A stretch of 64,000 nt of DNA from Selaginella moellendorffii. Lineage: Eukaryota; Plantae; Lycopodiophyta. The notes below the pieces were generated by a model. That model worked only from the letters and a program-made list of their open reading frames with translations, made no database searches and was not told where the DNA came from. The stretch lies in contig NW_003314279.1 of NCBI RefSeq assembly GCF_000143415.4, forward strand, positions 1,332,659-1,396,658. Direction: 5' to 3'. The position numbers were made by a program, and so were the translations under genes. Below are positions 11,839-23,267 of the stretch, one piece after another (position 1 is the first letter of the stretch; the number at the start of each line of letters is the position of its first letter).

Positions 11839-14800
11839 CAACGAGGACGTTGTGAAGCTCTTTATAGTTTTGATGTTCTAGTTTTATTGCTCTGACTGCT
11901 CATCTGAGAACCTTTCCATTAGTCAGTGAACGAAGAGCAACCATTCTAAGGTGCTTGCTCGGATTAATGAGGCTGGGGCGAGAAAAAAGCAAAGCGTACA
12001 GCCTCGTAGTTAAGTCACTAGTGCCAGGATCATCAAGAACACGAATGTGAGGATTTACTACCCTTCCGAAGCCATATTGTGGAGAGACCATGTAAATATT
12101 TATATGGTGAAAATACAAAGTGGTAGTAACAGAATGTGTAACTACCTCAGAGTTTTAAGAGCCCAGGCTACTGGCACTTGGGGGGGTGGGCTTGGTGAGA
12201 GCAAGTCCTTCTACTTGCTTTTTCTTGTGTTTCCTTTTTACTTTTTCTCACAACAGTGTTGACAGAGTGCATGATGTTGGGGTAGTCGTGGGTTTCTTGT
12301 GCACAATTGAGTCTGGCACAATCCCTTGGCACTTGTTAAGGATATGCATAGTATTTTAAGTGAGATTCTCGAAAGAGCTTCTAAATTGTGTTTCTCTCAT
12401 ATAAGTCCCAACACATCCACTAGCCAACCATGCTAGACAGTAAGTGTTTCAATTGCTTGATGTTGATTTTCTTGCATCTTCTTCTGCAATTGGTCATTCA
12501 CATGTTGGAGAGTGGCTTGTGAGCAATGAAAAGTTCCAGAATAAAAAACCACAAAAGGGAAAAACTTACTTGACACTCTACCCAAACTGAAGTAGGAAAC
12601 AAAGCAAAAAAGAGAAAGGGAATAAGAAAGAAATATGAAACCAAAATGAGGACAATTACTTACCTAGAATTCCACCTCAAGGTCTCTTCACCTCTAGAAA
12701 GTTCCTCAACAGTTGCCTGGTTGGACTCAGTCCAAAGGACATAGGTAGAGTAAATGTGTTGCCCATAAATGGTAATTGTAGAGCAATGAAAGATGGCAGC
12801 TGAATGAATGGATTATGAGTAAATGTGATAGCTAATTGTGACGTAGTGGTAGTGGAAGAGATTTGGGAGCCTCTGAAAATTGTTGAAGTGGTCTACAGCT
12901 TATGTGCTTATTGTGGGAGAAGAAAAAGCCCAGTCTTTATCAGTGTCTGTATGGATAATTGTTTGTGCTGAAGGAGCTAATCGGGAAGGGGAATAAACAT
13001 CTGCCCATAATAGTGTATGGTCTTCTATGTGCATTAGGTTCAACTGACCTCAGCTGCTAAGTGTCTTGGATTTTCTCAAATCCACTGAATTAAGATAGTC
13101 ACCTTTATATCTTGAGTTTGGCATATTATATTTGGCTGCTTCATGGTTAGTTTTCTGCATTTATTGATGCTAAACGAGGTCCCCAAATTCATGTGCAAAT
13201 GGTGAGAAAAGTGGTTGGAAAGTGAAACTGTAGTGAGTAAGAAACAGTGTTGAAGTAAAGGGATGAATGGATGATGACTGTGAGTGATGGAGAATGGTGG
13301 TGGTAATGTGTGGAATGCAGTAATGTAGTGAACCTTGAGAAATAAACTGGAAAATGCTCAAGCTTCTAGGTAAGAGGGGTTGATGCAACCTTGAATTGAA
13401 AATCCATGCTTCTACTTGCTCTATCATGGGATTATAAGAGAAGAAAAGAGGTAAAAGCAAAGACAAGGAAAAATTCACTACAAGTTGGTGGTGATGCTGG
13501 GAGCCACTTGGTGTAGTTGGGTGGAGAGAATCCTAAAAAAGTCCAAAGATGCTAATAAAGCTAGTTATGTTGCCCTCTAGAGCCAAACATCATATAGTAG
13601 AGTGAAGGAGGGCAATAGTGGTCTCACAACAAAAGCTAGAACTTTATTGTGTGTTGCAAGCTAGAGAGCTCCTATGTGTTGGGAAGAACTACCTCCAAAG
13701 TTTGAAAGGCTACTTAAGTAGATTGTGAAGATTTGGTGGATTAGTGAAGTGTTGGTGTTATAGAAGATGCTGTAATTGTTGCAAATGATGCCATGGTTAG
13801 CATCTAGTGGATATGGTAAACTATTACATAATAATAGGGGTTTCCGACACTAGCAAGTGCAAATTAGGAAACAAATTCCTCTAATTAGGTAAAATATGCA
13901 TGACTAATAATATTTAGGAATTTTATCCTTATGCTTATTTAATCAAGTGTATATTGGGTGGAAATTATAAAAGGAACCATAAAAGAGTATTAATCTCCTG
14001 CCATTATGGTAGTAAGGAGAGAGTGTTTATAAAAACTAATTGACAAATATCTTTTGATACCCAAAGTCACATTTGTGATAGTTTCCCCCCTTTAGGGAAG
14101 ATCAATATTTTTATGGAAACAATTTCAAAAGTTAATAGAAAACACACTTTGTGAGAAACATACTAACTTAAATGAGTGGGAGAAGTACTTTTTCTCTACA
14201 TCCAAAAACACTAAAACTCAAACACTCTCTGATCGTCACTGATAAAGAAATAACCACCCTTACTACTTAGGGTACCACTTCGCTTACAAAAGAATGATAC
14301 AACCCTATAGGGATATAAAGAGAAACCTAGAGACCCAATTCCCCTGAGAATAAATTAACCCTATTGAGAAGATTTAGATAACTATTATAAACTAATAGAT
14401 AAAGTTGTTTATATGACCATGCCCCTTTCTTAAAAATGGGTCAACAAGAGAGAGGCAAGGACTTGTGATCAATCTATAATAATTATCTCCATGGTTGTGA
14501 ATTAAACCCATGCATTGAGTCAACCTACTAAAATTGACCTAAAACTGACAAACAAAAGAAACTTTGGATTAAAGTGTATTAGTTTATTGATTTGTTATAA
14601 TTTTTTAATTTTTAGTACAATTCTCATACTTTATAACAAGCTCACAGGCATATGTAAGATTACTAAGAGGTTCCTATATTAATTCACAAGATGGGTAAGC
14701 TTTCCATTTAATTAAATATTCTTTGGTGTGACCACCACATCTTTGACAACATAACAAAATGCTTTCAACTTCATACATTTGGTTGTAGACAAATCTCCCC

Positions 14801-17149
14801 TTGGCATGCAACATCCATAGTGTACAAAGTTAATAAATTGGCATGAAATACATTATGAATATTGAAGGAAAATCTAATTGATAGGATACATCACCAACCT
14901 ACTTTAACACCCAATAGAAACTAATATATTTTAGTAATAACTTTTGGGACAAAGATCCCTTAGCATTCAAGTTTTACGAGGATAACCAAATTTAGTTCCC
15001 ATATGATAGGTTACATCCCAATAATGTTAATTTTTATCATATTAATACCTACCATAAGCTTTACCTATCACCTTAGATACCTTGGCATAACTACTCTACA
15101 TAAGTTTCAATGGCTAAGACCAATATTTTGGACATTAATTTCAATATAACAATTTGTTAAGGAACCCCATGAATATTCCCTTGCAATATCTCTCATGGAA
15201 AACAACCAATAGTATTGTGAAATATATTGTTATAATAGATTCTATTGTGTCGAAATGCCCAACCTAATCGTATTGGTTCACCACAATATAGTACTATAAA
15301 TAATTCTCAAGCTAAGCATTTATATGTTTGGTTTACCCATCTATTTGAGGATGATAAACTGTATTGAATTTCAGCTTGGTACCAAATAACTAGAATAGTG
15401 TGCCCCAAAACTTTCCCTTAAATCTTAAATCTTTATTTGAGATAATCTCTTTGGGAAGATTATAAACCAATACTACTTCATGGAAAAAGAGTTTGGTTGT
15501 TTGCTTTGCATTCATTGTTTCCACAGTTGGAATGAAGTGCGTAATCTTTGACAATCGATTCATAACCACTATCAAAGTGTTATAACTTTTAGACTTTAGC
15601 AAGCAAGTGACAAAGTTGAATGTCACACTCTAAAATGACCATATTGGTGCTAGAATACATTACAACTTCCCAACCTACTTTTCAATTCTTCACTTATACT
15701 ACTGATAATTAGGGCAATAATGAATATAATCTGTTATATCATCTTCCATACTAGACTAAAAAAATCCCTTTTTCAATGAAGCAAGAGTCTTTTATTTATT
15801 GCCATGTCTTGTTGCTGGAACATTATAATGTCCCTCAGAAACAATAATTGCAAGATACAATCTTTCTTGCCTATAATATTTAAGCTTATCCTTAATTGAG
15901 AAGTAAAGTTTTGCATTGGTATGACTAACAACTTTCGCTGTATCACTATTAAGGTTCTACTTCAACAACTCTACATAGTGCAATATCACCTTTGCCAACA
16001 GATCACTTCCATATGAAGCTAGAACATCCTCTAACAAGTCTAAATTGATTGTTAATATTGCCCAAAACTAAGCCTAATGACTCAATAGATCCGGAATAAT
16101 ATTGTTTGTATCAGGTTTCTAGATGATTTCAATATCAAATCTAATGAGCTTCTTTTGTCAACGAACTTGCTTTTGCATAAGTATTGGTTGTATTGCAAAG
16201 TAGCTCAATGTGTTACTATCCCTATAAACCTTTGTATATCCATCCAAATAATGTCTTCAATGTTCCAATGCCAACACTACAATAAGCATTTTTTATCTCA
16301 TGTATAGGCCATCTTCATTGGGTTTCATCCAATTTCTTAAAGTAAAATGCAATGAGACAATCACTTTAGTGTAACACCACTTGCATTGTCACAATTTTGC
16401 TATAACATAGCACCTATAGCATAGTTAGATGCATCAAAATGCACTTCAAAGGGTTAATCAAGATCTAAGATCATGAGAATATGAACCATGGTCAAGATCT
16501 CCTTCAACTGTACAAAAGCACACTAACAAATTGGTGTCCAATAAAACATTATACTACCCTTCATTAACTTAATCAATAGAAAAACAAAATTGTAAAAATT
16601 GCAATAAAATTTTGATAATATCCTGCCAAATCAAGAAAAGAATGAACATTTGATATAGTGGTCAGGACTTCCCAAAACTTCACTTCTTCCAACTTTTTTA
16701 GATTCACCTCGATTACACCACTACTAATTATATGCCCGAAAAAATTCACATGCAATTGACTAAATACACATTTACTCTTCTTAGCATATAGTTTGTCTTT
16801 TTAATAACTTCTAAAATACTAACTCCAAGTGTTTTTTGTTCCAATGTTTCATTGAAGACTAGAATATCATCAATATAACAACAAATATATCTAAATAATT
16901 GTGAGACATAAATCCCTATGCCCCAAAGTAGAGCCGAAAGGGTGTTATATGGTAGTGGTTGAAGAAAAAATTCAACAAGCATAACACGCTTGGATCAAAA
17001 GCTCCGACTAAGAAAGTCAAGAGAGGGAGTGGAACTCCTAAAGAAGGGCTTAAGGAACAAGTACAAAACAATTAGTGAACAAGTCTCTAGAAAAGGACAC
17101 AAATATGGCAAGTGTTATGATATGAAGAAGTGTCAAGATTGACTTCAAG

Positions 17150-17465
17150 GAGGAGTTTGAGAAAAAGGCCGAGATGGAGTCTAAGATGGAGTTTGAGAAG
17201 GAGTTCAAGAAGGAGTATAAGAAAGAGGCCGAGATGGAGTTTAAGATAGAGTCTGAGAAGGAGTTCAAGGAGTCTGAGATGGAATTCAAGATGGAATCTA
17301 AGGAGTCTAAAATAGAATCTGAGATGGAGTCAAAGAGTCTAAAAATGAGTCTAAGATAGAGTCCAACATAGAATTCAAGAAGGAGTCTGAGATGGAATCC
17401 AAGATGGAGTCCGAAATGGGGACCGAGACTGGGACTGAGACTGCAACCGAGACCAAGTCTAAGTC
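17150..17465 (+). repeat. Degenerate short tandem repeats (GAGTCTGAGATG-like) inside the LTR
   Basis: Repeated gagtct/gagatg/aag units; an inverted homolog lies at about 22285-22440. Confidence 0.8.
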
Positions 17466-19382
17466 CGAGGGTGAAAGCCCAAAGTAATCGTCTCCTAGAC
17501 GTTGAGTGGTTTGGTGAGCTCCAAAAGGATAGTAAGAGGAAAACTCTAGTGGAACTAGTTTGGTGAAGAAAGGTCAGTGTGACTAAGGAAAGTGTAAGTA
17601 ACTAATTTTTCCATTCTACTTTAGTTACTTAACCACAACTTTGACCATATGGAGGAATTTCACTCACAACTTTGACCATATGGAGGAATTTCACTCTCAA
17701 CCTCCATAATTTTTATTCTAGATTTGGGGACTTGCTAGCCCCAAGAATGGCATTTATGCCATTCAACTTTTGCATTTGGTTCAAATGCTCCACATGTCTG
17801 ATCCTATAACCGACACCCAAAGGTACCACCAATATATTAATCTGTTATGCTAAGGCCATGCTCATTCAATTTTGTTACACTAGTGCTCCAACACCATTTG
17901 TATCATAGTCCCATCTTTTAAAAATTGGGCCATCTGTCAACGAGTGATCATCCTAGATCCACTCTTTAGCATCCTTAGAATGCCCACAAACATGGGGAGT
18001 AACATTCCCCAATATCCCTTTTCCAATCCCTACCAAATCCCTTTCTGTCCACGGCTGTATTCGTCAACATTGTCAGTAGGTCAAGACCCATATACTTAAC
18101 CACTATGTCTCAATAACTTCTAGGACTTCCTTGCTATATAACCACATCCTTGGTCACCACACAAGTGGATTGCTTTTCTTCCTTTCCATAGTTTGGGACT
18201 CTGGGATGACATTTCGAAACACCACAACCCTACGTGAGCCTTGTGGGTACTCTTCCCATCATCTGCTTTTGGGTACCCTAGTTAGGTGGCTAGAGCAAGG
18301 TTCTAATAAGCCATGCCAAGTATCTAAGTAAGTAGTGCCACTCACAATTGGATTGAGAGCATTGACTATTCGATCTCTTAGGGAGCTAGAGCCAGCTCTT
18401 GAACACTTCACTAAGCTACTTCACTTATCTATCCGTATTCACTTTAGTATTGGACTTTCCAGTGGTTATATTATCACCTAACATGTGGGTATAGCCTTCT
18501 TAGGCCACACTAGCCTTTTCTAACCAAATTGGCTCCCCCCCCACACTCTTTAGTATACTTTTGGAACCCCCTCCCCCTCCATATGCCATGTGTCATATGC
18601 CACGTGTCCAAAGGATAGTGGTGTGGAACCCGAGTTTTAAGCCCTTAGGCCATTGAATGAAGGAACAGAGCCAAACTCTTAGTATAGAGCCAAAGAGTAA
18701 TTGCATTGGAGCAGGGAATGACTCCCGAGTGTACAGCCTAAAAGGGACAGGAGCATGGAGCAATTTGGAACAATCCTAGAGTATCTAACATCTTAATGCT
18801 AGGATCAACACGCAAAAAGAAGTTAAATGGAGTCTAATGTTATTTCAGCATACCAGTAGCCTAAAGCGAGGACATGGGTACTCCACCAACTAGCATGGTA
18901 TGGAGCTTAAGCTTAAACCCAAGTTAGATGCAAAACAAGAACAAGCATGCAACCATGAGCTAGACTATACCTTAGGTTAGTTAGCCATGCCCAACTTACC
19001 CACTATCCCTACTATACATTTGAACTTCCCCACCACCCCCCCTTTTGAGGAACACACACTTTGGGCTTTCACCCCAAGCCTCCTTTAGTACTAGGAGTTA
19101 GTCTCTAGGATAAGCTCTAAACTTACTAAATATAAAATATCCTTAGATTGCGAATTTGGACATGGGACGAATACTATTGTGTTCATCTCCACATTCCGTA
19201 AATATGCCAAATAAATAAATCTAGACACTTTCCATAAATAGCATTTAGGACTGAAATGAGACTAAAATAAAGGGCATGATAGCAAGAGTGTTTAGCAGAC
19301 ACGGTAAACTATCATGTAGCAATATTAAGAGACTAGTCTCAATATATGAGGGTTTTTGTCAAGCTAGTGCAAGATAGAGTAT

Positions 19383-20056
19383 TGTAGCGCACCTTATCTC
19401 TCTCCCCTTAAGCCAACTGGAAAAGGGGCAATTGCTTGATGAGAGAGCCCTTAGTGGCTATTTTATCCCCATTTATCTCCCAAGGTTCCAAGGATCCACG
19501 GTGATAGTATATCCAAATCTCATCCCATGATCACATGCGCTACACTCACCCCCCCTTCAGAGATGTCAATGTCCTCATTGACTATTGACTAACAACCCCT
19601 ACTGAGCCAAGGGGAACCAGCACCTCCATTTCCGCACTCAATCTACCAATCCTTCCATTGTGTAGACCAGCTATTCCATGTGAGGCAACTAGTCATCCAC
19701 TCGTACCGCAGTCCCACGGTGGATACCTTCGTCCGTGGATACTCCACACAAGAGGAAGGACGTACGCATGGATGCCCAATACGTACGATTTCAAATTTAG
19801 GGGTAGGAATATACCTTGCTCAAGGGTATATTATATTTTTAAGTAGCCACTAATCAATGGGAATCGAACCCGTGCCATTTGCTCCGATACCAACTGTAAC
19901 GCACCTTATCTCTCTCCCCTTAAGCCAACTGGAAAAGGGGCAATTGCTTGATGAGAGAGCCCTTAGTGGCTATTTTATCCCCATTTATCTCCCAAGGTTC
20001 CAAGGATCCACGGTGACAGTATATCCAAATCTCATCCCATGATCACATGCGCTACA
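19383..20056 (-). mobile_element. TRIM (terminal-repeat retrotransposon in miniature), young copy
   Basis: 162 bp LTRs at 19383-19544 and 19895-20056 with 2 mismatches and TG...CA ends. tRNA-Met-type PBS TGGTATCGGAGC (19881-19892, minus), PPT AGGGGGGGTGAG next to the other LTR, non-coding 350 bp interior, perfect 5 bp TSD AGTAT. Confidence 0.93.
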
Positions 20057-22567
20057 AGTATAAAAAGCTAGGCAACATATACTTGGCTAAATAGACATTT
20101 AGGAATTCCGTCCTTATGCTTGTTTTGCCAAGTACAGATGCAAAGTCTAGTTTACTAACACTTGAACAAAAGGGGTTAATAAAGGATCCAGCAATATCAA
20201 CTTTTTGCTATCATAGCAATAAGGAAAGAATATCCAAAAGAACAGCCGATAGATAACTTTCGATACCCGAAGTCACATTTGCGGCAGTTTTGTTCCACTG
20301 TCCTTTAGACACGTGGCATGTGGCACATGGCATATGACACATGGTATATGGAGGGTTTAGGTTCCGCTTTGTGGTTATCCTATGGTAAATCACTATAGAA
20401 TGAAGGGTGAAAATCACATATGCTACAATCCCAAAGTTGTTCGCAAATTGGCCCCTTTCTATCCATCACATTGCTAACATGTTCACTTATGAAGTAAGAT
20501 GGAAAGTTATGCCCTTTTGTTATGCTACTTTTTGAGGATAGGCCCACTTTTGGGACTTTTCAATGCCAAGACAAGTGGTGATATACTTGACCACCAATAA
20601 AAGCTCCAATACCAAATTGTAAGTGACTAATTTTTTCATTCTACTTTAGTTATTTAACCACAACTTCAACTACATGGAGGAGTTTCACTCTCAATTTCCA
20701 TAAGTTCTATTTTGGATTTAGGGACTTGCTAGCCCCGAAAATGGCCTCTATGCCACTCAACCTTTATGCTTAGTCTACGTGCTCCATGTGTCCGATCCCA
20801 TGACTAACACCTAAAGGTACCATCGACATATCACCCCATTACACTAAGGCCATACCCATTCACCTTTGTTACACCAATGGTTTAACACCATCTGCATCAT
20901 AGTCTTATCTCTTAAAGATTAGGTCATCCGTCCATGAGTGATCATCCTAGATCCACTCCTTAGCATCCTTAGGATGCCTATAAATATGGGGAACAACCTT
21001 CCCCAATATCTTTTTTTCAATCTCCACCAAATCTTTTTCTATCCACAACTGTATTCACCAATATTGCCACTAAGTTAAAGCCTACAAGCTCAACCACTAT
21101 GTCCCAATGTCTTCTAGGACTTCCTTGCTATATAACTGCATCCTTGGTCACCATACAAGTGGACTACTCCTCTTCCTTTCCATAGTTTAGGACTTTGGGA
21201 TGATATTTTGAAACACTACGACTCTATACGAGTTTCATAGGTACTCTTCCCACAATTTACCTTTGGGTGCCTTAACCAGGTGGCTAGAGAAAAGTTTCGA
21301 TGAGTCACACTAGATATCCAAGTAGGTAGTGCTACCCACACTTGGATTGGGAGTATCGACCATTTAATCTCCCAAGGGAGCTAGAGCTAGCTCTTGAACA
21401 TTTCACTAAACTACTATCCGTATTCACTTTATCCTTGGATTCCTAATGGTTATATTATCACCCAACACGTGGGTATAGCCTTCCTGGGCCACACTGGCCT
21501 TTCCTAGACAAATTTCACTGAAGTCCAACCCCCACACTCTCCTTGCTATACTTTTGGAACCCCCTATAGCCCCTATAGTTGTCCACACTGGTGGTCCAAC
21601 ACCATCTACATCACAGTCCTGTCTCTCAAAGACTGGACCATCCGTCTATGAGTGATCATTTTAGATCCACTCCTTAATATCCTTAAAATGCTCACAAACA
21701 TAAAGAACAACCTTCCCCAATATCCTCTTTTTAGTCCCTATTAAGCCCCTTTCCATCCATGGCTACATTCGCCAATATTGCCACTGGGTCAAGACCCACA
21801 AGCCCAACCACTATGTCTCAATGACTTCTAGGAGTTCTTTGCTATATAACCACATCCTTGGTCACCACACAAGTGGATTGCTTTTCTTCTTTTCCACCAT
21901 CTACCTTTGGGTGCCTTAGTTAGGTGGCTAAAACAAAGTTTTGATAAACCACATTATGTATCTAAGTAGATAGTGCTACCCACATTTTGATTGGGAGCAT
22001 CAACCATTCAATCTCCCAAGGGAGTTAAAGCCTGTTCTTGAACACTTCACCAAGTTGCCCCATTTGTCTATCCGTATTCATTCTAGCTTTGAACTTCCTA
22101 GTGGTTAAATCATCATTCAACACGTGGGTATAACTTTTTTGGGCTATATTGACCTTTTCTGGCCAAACTAATTCCACTAGAGTCTAACCCTTACACTCTC
22201 CCTACCATACTTTTGGAACCCCATGTAGCCCCCTCCCCGAGGGACGATCACTTTGGGCTTTCACCCAATAACTTATATTAGTATTCGGACTCAGACTTGA
22301 ACTTGGACTTGGCCTCAAACTTAGTCTCGGTCTCAGACTTGAACTCAATCTCAGTCTCGGTCTTGGTACCATCTCAGACTCCATCTTGGACTCCATCTCA
22401 GGTCCATCTTGGACTCTATCTCAGACTCCATTTCGACACTTCCATGTGTCATATGTTGATCCTCTTGTGTCCCTTTTTTAGAAACTCACTTATTGCTTTA
22501 TGCTCATTCCTTGAGCACTTCATTGAAAGTTCCACTCCTGCTCTCAACTTTTCAAGTCGGAGGTTTT

Positions 22568-23267
22568 TGTAGTGCACCCTATCTCTTTCCCCTTAAGTCA
22601 ACTGGAAAAGGGGCAATTACTTGTTAAGAAAGCCCTTAGTGGCTATTTTATCCCCATTTATCCCTTAAGGTTCCAAGGATCCACGGTGACAGTATATTTT
22701 AATCTCATCCCATGATCACATATGCTACACTCACCCCCCCCCCCCCCTTGCCCTTTAGAGATGTCAATGTCTTCCATTTCCGCACTAAATTTACTAATCC
22801 TTCCATTGTGTAGACCAGCTATTCCATGTGAGGCAACTAGTCATCCACCCGTACCGCAGTCCTAAGGTGGATACCTTTGTCCGTGGATACTCCACACAAG
22901 AGGAAGGATGTACATATGGATGCTTAATACGCAGTCCCACGGTAGATACTTTTATCCGTGGATACTCCACACAAGAGGAAAGACGTACGCATGGATGCTT
23001 AATACGTACGATTTCAAATTTAGGGGTAGGAATATATTTTACTTAAGAGTATATTATATTTTTAAGTAGCCACTAATCAATGGGAATCGAACTCGTGCCA
23101 TTTGCTCAACACACCCTATCTCTCTTCCCTTAAGCTAACTGGAAAAAAGGGTAATTGCTTGATGAGAAAGCCCTTAGTGGCTATTTTATTCCCATTTATC
23201 CCCCAAGGTTCCAAGGATCCATGATGACAATATATCTAAACCTCATCCTATGATCACATGTGCTACA
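22568..23267 (-). mobile_element. TRIM, older second copy of the same family
   Basis: Homologous LTRs (22568-22728, about 23108-23267), PBS deleted, internal tandem duplication of about 75 bp, TSD GTTTT (22563-22567 and 23268-23272). Confidence 0.88.

Noticed and set aside
17174-17359. Glu/Lys/Ser-rich ORF (MESKMEFEKE...)
   Set aside because: Translation of a tandem repeat inside an LTR; not a gene.
19383-19544. Possible Cassandra (5S-bearing) LTR
   Set aside because: No 5S rRNA A/C-box similarity was visible on either strand.
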